Part shown: in pieces, positions 1 to 10,912 of the stretch | Layout of the letters: every line of letters starts with the position of its first letter | How positions within the stretch are numbered: the stretch's first letter is position 1 | Source: Elusimicrobiota bacterium | GTDB taxonomy: Bacteria; CG03; SLGR01; JAGXOG01 | DNA: 20,721 bases | Direction: 5' to 3' | NCBI GenBank assembly: GCA_051745145.1 | Contig: JBNJDT010000024.1 | Location: forward strand, 1 to 20,721 | Made by a program: the position numbers and the translations under genes | The notes under the pieces: model-generated | Database searches by the model: none | What the model saw: only the letters and a program-made list of their open reading frames with translations | What the model was told of the DNA's origin: nothing

Positions 1-1878
<1,878 letters not shown>

Positions 1879-1882
<4 letters not shown>

Positions 1883-2922
1883 AACCTAATAACCTTCATC
1901 TTACTACTGTCCTTTATATTTTCCAATTCTTCAGGTACCTTAGTGCACGTTATTATACTCTGAACTCCTTTTATTCTCTTTTTTATTTTATTACTCCTTA
2001 TATCGTCCAGTTCACTGAATATATCATCTAACAATATTACCGGATCACTATCTTTTTTTCTTTTAAGTAATTTCCAGACCGCCAGCCTGTAAATAAATAT
2101 GGCAGTGCGGACTTCTCCCCGGGAGCCGTAACTTCTTAAATCCAGATCATCCAGATAAAATTTATATTTATCTCTGTGCGGACCCCAGGTAGTATGCCCG
2201 TATTCAATATCTTTTTCCAGACTTTTTTCTCCCTGGTATTGAGATTCATTATATCGTATTGAATACTTTTTTTCAAAAGACATCTTCCCGGCTTCTTCTT
2301 TCATTATTTTATTAATAGATTTTAAAAACTCTTTTCTCTGCGACACCACGCGGTCGGATATTTTTAATAGTAATTTTGTATAAGTTTTTAAAGTACTTGA
2401 ATTACTCTGTCCTTTCTTCTCTTCATTTTTTAAAACTGTATTTCTCTCATTTATTAATTTTCTATATTTAATTAAGTGATCTATGTAACGGGTATTTATC
2501 CGGGAAATACTTATATCTATTATACGCCGGGTACGGGAAGGTGAATTTTTAATATCTTCAATATCTTCCGGAGAAAACAGTATGGCCGCAAACGTTTTTA
2601 TTAAATTTTTTCTCTTTATTTTTGTCCCATTAACCGTGGATTTAAACCCCGTACCCGGAATATATCGTATATCTATCTTATTTTTTAAAGAATTATCTTT
2701 AATATTTCCCGTAACTCTCATACTGTCTTCTTCTAATTTTAATAATTCTTTTAATTTATTTGTCCTGTGAGAAGTGCCGGTAGCCAGTAAAAATACCGAC
2801 TCCAGTAAATTTGTTTTTCCCATTCCATTATTACCCACTATTAAATTTAAACTATTTCCGAAATTTATTTTCTTCTTCTCAAAATTCCGGTAATTATATA
2901 TGGCAAGTTCATTTATGTGCAA
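1879..2922 (-). CDS. recF: DNA replication/repair protein RecF
   Basis: Walker A GNNGMGKTNLLES, GPHRD, YGSRGE signature, Walker B VILLDDIFSELD; TTG start just after dnaN. Confidence 0.95.
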
Positions 2923-2926
2923 CTTA

Positions 2927-4045
2927 TTAAGCTTGTGAAGGCCTCATAGGCATGATTACTCCTATGTAATTCTCATCAGAGGATTCCGGAGTAATTTTTC
3001 CGGGATTTATGGGAGATGTTAAACTGAGTTTAATTTTATCGCTGTTTATAACTTTTAATATATTTATTATAAAGTCTGGATTAAATGATATCTCTATTTC
3101 TTCACCTTTGTATTCAACCGGAATACTACTTGTACCCGTCCCTTCCGTAGCACTTAATGAAATAACTAATTTATTATCGCTGAATTTATATTTAACCGGT
3201 TCCGTTCCCATGGATTTTACCGCAAGCATTTTCTTAGTTGCCGAAAGAAGCTGGTCTGTATTTAAAACTATATTTTTATCCTGCTTTTCGGGAATAACCT
3301 GATTGTAATTAGGATAATCACCTTCAATTAACCTAGAATATATAGTAGTATTTCCAACCTGCATACTGATCTTATTTTCAGAAGAACTTAAACTGACTTT
3401 AACTTCATCCTTATCCGAAGTAGCAATTTTTCGCAGCACATTTATGGCATTAGTAGGTATGATTGCCTGAATTTCATCCCCGGTCTGGTCCAGTTCTTTT
3501 TCAAAATAAGATAGTTTCCGTCCGTCAGTAGATACCATTTTAAGTTTATTTTTCTTACACTGAAAATATATGCCGCAAAGTATAAATCTCGACTCATCTT
3601 TGGAAACAGATATTATAGTCTTATCTATGCCCTCACACAAAGTCTGTGTATCTACAGCAGTCTTTTTTACTTTTTCTATATCCGGAATCGAAGGAAATTC
3701 TTCTGCATTTCCGGCAGTTATAGTATATGTGGTATTTTTATTTTCTCCGCTTAATTCATATTCATTATCAGTGATTTTTTTAATAAAACATTTTTCTGTA
3801 TCAATCATTTTTGTCATATCGAAAAGCTGCCTGGCAGGCAGGGCAACAACACCTTCTTTTTCTACATCTGTTTTCATGCTCGATACTATACCTATATCTA
3901 AATCCGTTCCGTATACTTGGATGCTGTCATCCTCTGCAGTAATGTGAAAAAGAGAGAGTGACGGTAAATTACTCTTACTTGATACAGCGGGTAATACGGT
4001 TGATAGTAGATCCACAAATTTTTCTGTTTTTAAATTTAATTTCAT
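2927..4045 (-). CDS. dnaN: DNA polymerase III beta sliding clamp
   Basis: 372 aa; GTDLDIG, VSTDGRKL, SRLIEGDYPNY, FNPDF, VIMPMR motifs; AAGGAGG RBS; downstream of dnaA. Confidence 0.97.
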   Translation of the reverse strand: MKLNLKTEKFVDLLSTVLPAVSSKSNLPSLSLFHITAEDDSIQVYGTDLDIGIVSSMKTDVEKEGVVALPARQLFDMTKMIDTEKCFIKKITDNEYELSGENKNTTYTITAGNAEEFPSIPDIEKVKKTAVDTQTLCEGIDKTIISVSKDESRFILCGIYFQCKKNKLKMVSTDGRKLSYFEKELDQTGDEIQAIIPTNAINVLRKIATSDKDEVKVSLSSSENKISMQVGNTTIYSRLIEGDYPNYNQVIPEKQDKNIVLNTDQLLSATKKMLAVKSMGTEPVKYKFSDNKLVISLSATEGTGTSSIPVEYKGEEIEISFNPDFIINILKVINSDKIKLSLTSPINPGKITPESSDENYIGVIMPMRPSQA

Positions 4046-4202
4046 TTTATTTTAAATCCTCCTTTATTCCTTATTATAATTAAATAACCTTTAATTAACA
4101 ATTAATATAATAACTCTATGTTAATTTGTTAAAAACAAACATTCATACTCGATAAACTTGCTTTAACAACCTGTGTGAAGTTCTTATTTCTTTTTAACAT
4201 TA
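4046..4202. other. Chromosomal replication origin (oriC) core: tandem DnaA boxes plus AT-rich unwinding region
   Basis: Very AT-rich dnaA-dnaN spacer. The minus strand 4135->4101 reads TTTTTAACA AATTAACA TAGAG TTA TTA TAT TAA T, the tandem box / short spacer / trio layout of the basal unwinding system. Further box-like 9-mers at 4092-4100, 4160-4168, 4172-4180 and 4191-4199. Confidence 0.75.
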
Positions 4203-5564
4203 TTAAGATACCGCCTTAATTTTCTCAATTATTTTATCTAAAATGTTTTGAAAATAAGGATCTTCGTTTAATTTATCTTTTATTACGTTACAAGCGTACA
4301 TTACAGTAGTATGATCTCTGCCTCCGAATTCATTTCCGATATTCGTTGTTGACTTATCGGTAAGCTTTCTGGTTAAATACATAGCCAGATGTCTTGGAAA
4401 TACAATTTTTTTATGTCTTTTTTTACTTTTTAGATCGTCTACTTGTACGTGATAATAGTCTGCCACAATTTTCTGAATTTTACCGGTGGAAATCTCATCC
4501 AGTTTTTTGTCTTTATCGATTATATCTTTTAAAATCTCTTTTGTATTGTCTACGGTAACTTCACTCCCCATTAGCGATGAATGGGCATAGATTCTAATAA
4601 GCGCTCCCTCTAGTTTTCTCACATTGTCTTTAATATTCGTGGCTAGAAAAAGAATGACGTCATTGGGTACATCTAAGTTTTCCCATTCTGCTTTTGATTT
4701 TAATATGGCTATCCTGGTTTCTAAATCCGGGGGTTGAATGTCGGCAATTACTCCCCATTGAAATCTCGAAGAGAGTCTTTCTTCTAATGTTTTTATCTTG
4801 TCAGGGGATTTATCAGAAGTTATAACGATCTGTTTTTGAGATTCATAGAGCTCGTTAAATATATGGAAAAATATATCCTGGGTCCTCTCTTTATTTTCCA
4901 GAAACTGTATATCGTCAATAAGTAAGATAGAAACATTTAAAAATTTCTTTTTAAATGTGGGCATATTTTTTTTACGCATACTGTCTACCATTTCCTGCAT
5001 AAATTTTTCACAGGTTATGTATCTTACTTTAGTTCTGGGATTATTACTTTTGATTGTATGACCTATAGCGTGTAAAAGATGGGTTTTTCCCAACCCCACT
5101 CCGCTGTAGATGAACAGTGGGTTATATCGCGTGCCCGGGTTGTTAGATACGGCTTCGGCCGTAGCCTGGGCAAATCTATTGGAAGATCCTACTACAAAAG
5201 CGTCAAATGTATACCGTGGGTTTAAATCGGAACCGGGAAAATTAGTCTCATTTTCAGGGAAATGCGTGGGTTCGGGCAACTCATTTTTAGAAGGGGGTTT
5301 ATAGGAAAAGTCATCCGTATCTATAATAAATTTAATTTTTGTATTTTCAAATTCTTCAAGAGAATGTATAGCTTCTAAAATATCTTTTTTATTTTTTTCC
5401 ATCCAGTTTGAAAAATATTTATTGGGAACTTTTAAAGTAAGTATATTATCTTCGAATGAATCTATTTTTGTAGGTGAAAACCATAAATCAACGGTCTTTG
5501 TTGAAAATTTTGATTTTAATTTTTCTGTCGTTTTTTTCCATATGTTATTGAGTTTTAATTGCAT
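4203..5564 (-). CDS. dnaA: Chromosomal replication initiator DnaA (453 aa from ATG 5564)
   Basis: LNPRYTFDAFVVGSSN, YNPLFIYSGVGLGKTHLL, LLIDDIQF, RLSSRFQWG, NVRKLEGAL, FGGRDHTTVMYA. The track's TTG start at 5615 would translate through the DnaA-box cluster, so ATG 5564 (MQLKLNNIW) is preferred. Confidence 0.98.
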   Translation of the reverse strand: MQLKLNNIWKKTTEKLKSKFSTKTVDLWFSPTKIDSFEDNILTLKVPNKYFSNWMEKNKKDILEAIHSLEEFENTKIKFIIDTDDFSYKPPSKNELPEPTHFPENETNFPGSDLNPRYTFDAFVVGSSNRFAQATAEAVSNNPGTRYNPLFIYSGVGLGKTHLLHAIGHTIKSNNPRTKVRYITCEKFMQEMVDSMRKKNMPTFKKKFLNVSILLIDDIQFLENKERTQDIFFHIFNELYESQKQIVITSDKSPDKIKTLEERLSSRFQWGVIADIQPPDLETRIAILKSKAEWENLDVPNDVILFLATNIKDNVRKLEGALIRIYAHSSLMGSEVTVDNTKEILKDIIDKDKKLDEISTGKIQKIVADYYHVQVDDLKSKKRHKKIVFPRHLAMYLTRKLTDKSTTNIGNEFGGRDHTTVMYACNVIKDKLNEDPYFQNILDKIIEKIKAVS

Positions 5565-5585
5565 GATATAATTAGTTATTAAGGC

Positions 5586-5614
5586 TTTTCCACAGGTTAT
5601 TAACAATGTTAACA
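5586..5614. promoter_or_regulatory. DnaA-box cluster upstream of dnaA (autoregulation or second oriC half)
   Basis: TTTTCCACA (5586-5594, one mismatch to TTATCCACA), TTATTAACA (5597-5605) and ATGTTAACA (5606-5614) in tandem. Confidence 0.7.
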
Positions 5615-5691
5615 ACCGTTATAAATACAGGAAAGGGAATAATTTAGTAAAATTTTTTTTCCAGGTATTCCTGCAAGTTAGATCTTTGTTT

Positions 5692-5720
5692 ATGATAAAA
5701 AAAAAACCATTTTAAGTCAA
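5692..5720 (-). promoter_or_regulatory. Sigma70-type promoter for dnaA
   Basis: Minus strand TTGACT (5720-5715), 17-bp spacer, TATCAT (5697-5692). Confidence 0.6.
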
Positions 5721-5725
5721 GATTC

Positions 5726-5753
5726 TTGACAAGATAATTGAAAGGACTATAAT
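5726..5753 (+). promoter_or_regulatory. Sigma70-type promoter for the rnpA operon
   Basis: Perfect TTGACA (5726-5731), 16-bp spacer, perfect TATAAT (5748-5753). Confidence 0.75.
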
Positions 5754-5800
5754 TTAAAAGCTAAATAAGATAACGATAAAAATAAGGTTAATCAAATTAC

Positions 5801-6136
5801 TTGAATCAAAGATTTCGAAAAAAGAACAGATTAGGAAAAGACACTTCAAAAGTAGTTTCCAGAGGAAAACGAAGAAGATTTGGAAATATAGTGTTATTTT
5901 ACCGTCCCGGTAAATTGCCCAGGTTATCTGTAATTATAGGGAAAAAAGTGGGTAACAGCGTTACCAGAAATAGATTAAAACGCTGGACCAGGGAAATTTT
6001 TAGAAAAAGTAAGAATAAAATAAAAAATTACGATATTGCGATCAATTACAAGCCGGGATCAGCAGATTATAAATTTCCTGAAGTGGAAGAAAAATTATTA
6101 AAATTGTGGAGAGAAAACAAATTATTAAAAGATTAA
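5801..6136 (+). CDS. rnpA: Ribonuclease P protein component
   Basis: RLSVIIGKKVGNSVTRNRLKRWTRE (RNR motif); basic, 111 aa; TTG start; synteny with yidD/yidC. Confidence 0.95.
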   Translation: MNQRFRKKNRLGKDTSKVVSRGKRRRFGNIVLFYRPGKLPRLSVIIGKKVGNSVTRNRLKRWTREIFRKSKNKIKNYDIAINYKPGSADYKFPEVEEKLLKLWRENKLLKD

Positions 6137-6375
6137 TAAATAAAATAGTTGATTTAGTTAATGGTTTATTGATTATTTTTATAAAATTTTATCAAAAAAT
6201 AATATCCCCCGTATTGGGCAATAACTGTAGATTTACACCTACGTGCAGTAACTATTTTATAGAGTCTCTTAAACAAAAGGGTTTATTTAAAGGATCGGTC
6301 GCCGGATTTTATAGAATAATAAGATGTAATCCGTTTAATTCCGGCGGAGTTGATCCGGTCGTTAAGGAGAAATAA
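6106..6375 (+). CDS. yidD: Membrane protein insertion efficiency factor YidD
   Basis: YQKIISP...CRFTPTCSNY...RCNPFNSGGVDPV; exact start uncertain. Confidence 0.95.
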   Translation: MERKQIIKRLINKIVDLVNGLLIIFIKFYQKIISPVLGNNCRFTPTCSNYFIESLKQKGLFKGSVAGFYRIIRCNPFNSGGVDPVVKEK

Positions 6376-6377
6376 TT

Positions 6378-7979
6378 ATGCAACAAAAAAGATTAATTTT
6401 AGCTATAGCTATATCCATGTTTATACTGATATTTTTTCAGCAGATGCAACAGCCGCCGCCAGAATCAACCAGCGATCAGGAAACAGTGGAAGCTGATTCC
6501 CAATCTGTAGCCAAAAAGACAACATCACAGTCTGGGGAAACAGAAAAATCAGCAGAGGATGACGAAAAAGAGAAAGAAAAAACAGACCGGGATTATGAAA
6601 TAATAAAATTAACTTCTGACAATATAATTCTAGGAGTTAATTCATTAAATTCGGGATTGTCAAAAGTTAAAATTAAAGATAAAAACGGTGAATTTATTAA
6701 TCTGGTAAGAAGTAAAAAGTATGAACACGCGCCTTTAAAGTTATTAACCGGTGACTGGAAATTAACTAAAAATTCCCGGGATAATGAGATAACTGCAGAA
6801 TATTCAACGGAAAAATTAGAAGTTGTAAGAAAATACAGGGTGGAGAACGGATTAGTTAAGATTACAAATAATTTTGAGAATAAAGAGCTGGCCGCTCGGG
6901 AAGTAAAAATAAAACAGGGCTGGTATAATGGCCTGGACACAACGGCGGACCTTGAAGAAGAAAATCATGAAGATACCAGACTTTTCCTGAAAAAAGGTGA
7001 AGATATTGAAGATGATTTGGAAAAGTCCGAAATTTCAGACGATTTAAAGTGGGGGGGGATAATGAACAGATTTTTTATTTCTGCTTTTTTAAATTTAGAG
7101 CAGAATTTTGATACTGTAACTACTAAAAATACAAAAACAGGGGGAGGCGGCTGTTCGGGTTCCCCGGAAGACGCAGCCTTTCCGGAAATAGAATTTACCG
7201 GGACAAAAATTTTAGAAGGGCAAGAGGATTATTCTTTCAATCAGGAATTTTATATCGGCTTAAAAAATTATACTGTATTAAAGAGTTTTGACGAAGAACT
7301 GGATAAGACACTCTCTTTTGGAATATTTGGTTTTTTAAGTAGATTATTTCTAGGAGTACTGACCACCTTTTACGGCTGGGTGGGAAATTACGGCATAGCA
7401 ATAATAATGTTAACTTTTCTACTTCAGATATTTATATTTCCTCTGACAATTAAAAGCTTTAAATCAATGAGCGAAATGAAAAAACTGCAGCCAAAAATGA
7501 AAAAAATACGCGATAAATTTGAAGACGATCCCCAGAGAATGAATGAAGAAATTATGCATCTTTACAAGAAACATAAAGTAAATCCTCTCGGCGGCTGTTT
7601 TCCATTAATTTTACAAATGCCTATATTTATTAGTTTATTTACAATGTTAAGGGCGGCCGCCGAACTGAGATTTGCCTCTTTTTTATGGATAAAAGATCTG
7701 GCCCAGCCCGACGTTCTTTTTAAAGCCGTCCCCCTTTTAAATGAGATACCGGTTATAGGTTCGGCCGGGCCCCTGCCTCTATTTATGGGCGGAGCAATGT
7801 TTCTGCAGCAGAAGGTCACTGGAGGTTCTACAGGTCCTCAGAAAAACTTAACTTACATAATGCCTGTTGTATTTACTTTTTTATTTATGAGATTTCCCGC
7901 GGGCCTTGTACTTTACTGGTTGACGAATAGTTTGTTAACTTTTATAGTACAATATACAGTAAGTAAAAAGAAAGATTAA
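6378..7979 (+). CDS. yidC: Membrane protein insertase YidC (long, periplasmic-domain type)
   Basis: N-terminal TM, large soluble domain, then GNYGIAII...MKKLQP...NPLGGCFPLILQMPIF...FLWIKDLAQPD...PAGLVLYW. Confidence 0.96.
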   Translation: MQQKRLILAIAISMFILIFFQQMQQPPPESTSDQETVEADSQSVAKKTTSQSGETEKSAEDDEKEKEKTDRDYEIIKLTSDNIILGVNSLNSGLSKVKIKDKNGEFINLVRSKKYEHAPLKLLTGDWKLTKNSRDNEITAEYSTEKLEVVRKYRVENGLVKITNNFENKELAAREVKIKQGWYNGLDTTADLEEENHEDTRLFLKKGEDIEDDLEKSEISDDLKWGGIMNRFFISAFLNLEQNFDTVTTKNTKTGGGGCSGSPEDAAFPEIEFTGTKILEGQEDYSFNQEFYIGLKNYTVLKSFDEELDKTLSFGIFGFLSRLFLGVLTTFYGWVGNYGIAIIMLTFLLQIFIFPLTIKSFKSMSEMKKLQPKMKKIRDKFEDDPQRMNEEIMHLYKKHKVNPLGGCFPLILQMPIFISLFTMLRAAAELRFASFLWIKDLAQPDVLFKAVPLLNEIPVIGSAGPLPLFMGGAMFLQQKVTGGSTGPQKNLTYIMPVVFTFLFMRFPAGLVLYWLTNSLLTFIVQYTVSKKKD

Positions 7980-8010
7980 GATAAAGTACTGAATATATAG
8001 AGGAATTTTT

Positions 8011-8676
8011 ATGAATGACAAGAGAGAATTTAAAGGTAAAGATGTCGAAGCCGCTATAAAGAAAGGGTTAGATAAACTAAATTTAGATAAAGAAGAAGTG
8101 GAAGTTAAAATATTAGACGGCGGAAAAGCAGGGTTGTTTGGACTTATGGGTTCAAAGCCAGCAAAAGTTCAGTTAATAAAGAAAAATGAACACTCGGACG
8201 CCGCCGATACCGATATAAACTGGGATAAAACAGTTAAAAAGACGACAGAATTAGTAAAATTGATTACCGATAAAATAGATACCCATGCCCGGATAGAAAC
8301 TGAAAAAGATGAATCAGAAGTTAAAGTCGAAATTTTTAGTGAAAACAGCGGGGTAATGATCGGAAAAAAAGGTACCACCTTAAAAGATTTTCAGTACATA
8401 GTGAATTTAATGTTAAAAAGGGAACCGGATACCAGAGTAAATGTGAATATTGATATAGAAAATTACAAATCTGAACGGAATTCTAAATTATTTAAAAAAT
8501 TGGGAAAGACAATTGAAAAAGTAAAAAAAGACGGTAAGCCCCGAAAATTAAAACCCATGAATTCTTCGACCCGAAAAATTATTCACAAAAAAGTCAAAAA
8601 TATAGATGGCGTAATTTCTGAAAGTGAGGGGGCGGAGAACCGCCGACGGGTCCTTATCAAAAAATCCAGTAACTGA
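8011..8676 (+). CDS. jag: RNA-binding protein Jag/KhpB (Jag_N + KH + R3H)
   Basis: GKDVEAAIKKGL...GLFG...KPAKV (Jag_N), GVMIGKKG (KH), PMNSSTRKIIH...SESEG (R3H); follows yidC. Confidence 0.93.
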   Translation: MNDKREFKGKDVEAAIKKGLDKLNLDKEEVEVKILDGGKAGLFGLMGSKPAKVQLIKKNEHSDAADTDINWDKTVKKTTELVKLITDKIDTHARIETEKDESEVKVEIFSENSGVMIGKKGTTLKDFQYIVNLMLKREPDTRVNVNIDIENYKSERNSKLFKKLGKTIEKVKKDGKPRKLKPMNSSTRKIIHKKVKNIDGVISESEGAENRRRVLIKKSSN

Positions 8677-8720
8677 AAATTTTTACTGCTAAAAAAATAG
8701 AAATTTTATAAAGTCAAAAA

Positions 8721-10103
8721 ATGGATCATAATACAATTGTTGCTACCGCCACTCCCCCGGGAATATCAGCTTTGGGAATTGTCAGGCTGTCAGGGCCCCG
8801 GAGTTTGAGTATACTTGAGAAAATATTTAATACACCTGCCGGAAATTTTAACAGTGAAAATATTCAAACCCACACTCTTCACTACGGTAATATAGAACAC
8901 AGCGGGAAAATAATAGATGAAGTTACTGTAAATATTTTTAAAAATCCCCATTCTTATACCGGAGAAGATATGGTTGAGATAAACTGTCATGGGAACAGCA
9001 TTATATTGGATACTGTAATGAAACTCTGTATCGTTCTGGGAGCAGAACCTGCCCGGCCGGGGGAATTTTCCAAGCGGGCTTTCTTAAACGGAAAGATGGA
9101 TTTATCTCAGGCGGAAGCAGTTAACAGCCTTATCCATTCAAGATCGAAAAAATCTATACACAAAGCAGTTAAATTGGTAAAGGGGGAGTTAAAAAATAAA
9201 ATAGAAGAGATTAAAGACAGGATCCAGTATTTAAGGTCCCGGCTCAATGCCGATATAGAATGGGGAGATACTGAGACAGCTGACTTTTTTGAGACGAAAG
9301 CCGAACGCAAAAAATTGCGTTTAATTAAAAAAGATTTATCTGCTCTAGTAAAAAATTCTCAATATGCAACTAAAATTCTCAACGGCTTCCGGGTAGTTAT
9401 ATGCGGCCGGCCCAATGCCGGGAAATCTTCTCTTTTTAATTTATTGCTAACAAAATCACGGAGTATTATAAATAAGCGTCCGGGAACAACCAGGGATGTA
9501 ATAGAAAGTGAAGTACTTGAAAAAGGATGTCTTATAAGGTATTTTGATACAGCGGGTATAGGTTTGGAGACAAAAACTCAGATTGATATGGAGGCTTCCG
9601 ATAAAAGTAAGGAAGCCATACGCCGGGCTGATCTTGTTGTATATTTAATTGACGGTGAAACAGGCATAAAAAAGAAAGACTATAAAATTAGAAATTTAAT
9701 TGACAATACCCCTTGGATTCCTGTGGTAAATAAGATAGACAGAAAGAACAATTTTTCCAGTGAAAAACTGGATAAATTTAGAAAATTCCGTCAGAATCCA
9801 AAAGCAGTTAAAATATCCTGTAATACGGAAAAAAATATAGATAAACTAAAAGAAAAGATTATAGAATTAGTGAGTAAAAATGATATCGACGGACTTATGG
9901 TAACCGCCCGGCAAAGAAGTGCACTGCAGGAAGCTTATGATAAATTAAATAATTCCTTAAGCAGCCTGGAGACGGGTAAATATCAAGATATGATTTCTTA
10001 TGACCTTGCTGAAGTAATAGATGCACTGGGAAAAATAGACGGTACCAGTGTACAAAAAGGTATGCTGGATAAAATATTTGATAATTTTTGTATAGGAAAA
10101 TGA
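8721..10103 (+). CDS. mnmE: tRNA modification GTPase MnmE (TrmE)
   Basis: TIVATATPPG...IVRLSG, SYTGEDMVEINCHG, GEFSKRAFLNGKMDL, GRPNAGKSSL, PGTTRD, DTAG, NKID, C-terminal FCIGK. Confidence 0.97.
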   Translation: MDHNTIVATATPPGISALGIVRLSGPRSLSILEKIFNTPAGNFNSENIQTHTLHYGNIEHSGKIIDEVTVNIFKNPHSYTGEDMVEINCHGNSIILDTVMKLCIVLGAEPARPGEFSKRAFLNGKMDLSQAEAVNSLIHSRSKKSIHKAVKLVKGELKNKIEEIKDRIQYLRSRLNADIEWGDTETADFFETKAERKKLRLIKKDLSALVKNSQYATKILNGFRVVICGRPNAGKSSLFNLLLTKSRSIINKRPGTTRDVIESEVLEKGCLIRYFDTAGIGLETKTQIDMEASDKSKEAIRRADLVVYLIDGETGIKKKDYKIRNLIDNTPWIPVVNKIDRKNNFSSEKLDKFRKFRQNPKAVKISCNTEKNIDKLKEKIIELVSKNDIDGLMVTARQRSALQEAYDKLNNSLSSLETGKYQDMISYDLAEVIDALGKIDGTSVQKGMLDKIFDNFCIGK

Positions 10104-10909
10104 TACATCTATTTTCTACATCTAACTTTTATTTAAAAAAAAATCCAGACCAGATTTTAAGCTGGGCTCTTGAAAATGAGTTTGACGGCATTGAACTATT
10201 TGCCGATGTCCCGAATTTTTATGTTGATGATTTTGATGAGGGTATCCTTCGCCGGTATGCCCGCGCGAGTGGGAAACTAAAATACACCGTACATTCTCCC
10301 ATATACGGTATAAACATTGCCGCTGTTAACCCGGGTATTTTAAGAGAATCTCTCAGGCAGATAATAAAAGTTATGGAGTGGAGCAGTATAATAGATATTG
10401 AATATTTTGTAATTCATCCCGGAGTTATGCCTGTAGATGAAGAAGAAGTAAGAGGTAAGATATTAGATATTGTACATGACAGTATTGATAAGATTCTCAG
10501 ACATGCTGATAATTTTAATATTAAGATGGTTGTTGAGAATATAGGATTGAATAAACTCTGTCTGGATTATAATATAAATATTCTCAAATCTTTTATTGAA
10601 AAAGAAAATTTAGGATTGTGCCTGGATGTGGGCCACGGCAATATTTCAGGGCAGATACCGGAGATTCTAACCAGTATGTCGGAAAAAATAGAAAGTATAC
10701 ATATCAGTGATAATTACGGAAAAGAAGATGAGCACAATCCGGTGGGTAAAGGCTCGGTGTGCTGGACTGAAATAGTAAAATTAATAGAAAGAGATGAAAT
10801 TCCCGTTGTACATGAGATCCACGACCGGGTCAGACCGGGGCAATCGACGGTACAAAGCAGAAAAAATTTAAATATGATAAGTAAAAAAGTTTCACGTGAA
10901 ACATTATAA
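10100..10909 (+). CDS. Sugar phosphate isomerase/epimerase family protein (xylose isomerase-like / AP-endonuclease-2 TIM barrel)
   Basis: Metal-site motifs VHSP, IHPG, VENI, CLDVGH, IHISDN, DEHNPVGKG, HEI. ATG 10100 overlaps the mnmE stop (ATGA) with AGGA upstream, preferred over TTG 10088. Confidence 0.85.
   Translation: MIHLFSTSNFYLKKNPDQILSWALENEFDGIELFADVPNFYVDDFDEGILRRYARASGKLKYTVHSPIYGINIAAVNPGILRESLRQIIKVMEWSSIIDIEYFVIHPGVMPVDEEEVRGKILDIVHDSIDKILRHADNFNIKMVVENIGLNKLCLDYNINILKSFIEKENLGLCLDVGHGNISGQIPEILTSMSEKIESIHISDNYGKEDEHNPVGKGSVCWTEIVKLIERDEIPVVHEIHDRVRPGQSTVQSRKNLNMISKKVSRETL
10888..10903. promoter_or_regulatory. parS centromere-like site
   Basis: AGTTTCACGTGAAACA: 15/16 match to TGTTTCACGTGAAACA with a perfect 14-bp palindrome; 1.7 kb upstream of parA. 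Confidence 0.88.
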
Positions 10910-10912
10910 ATT

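Noticed and set aside
5565..5615. 17-aa N-terminal extension of DnaA from TTG 5615
   Set aside because: It translates through the DnaA-box cluster (LLITCGK); ATG 5564 gives a normal-length DnaA.
7051..7058. G8 homopolymer in yidC as a phase-variation tract
   Set aside because: It encodes W-G-G in an intact, normally essential gene; no frameshift is present.
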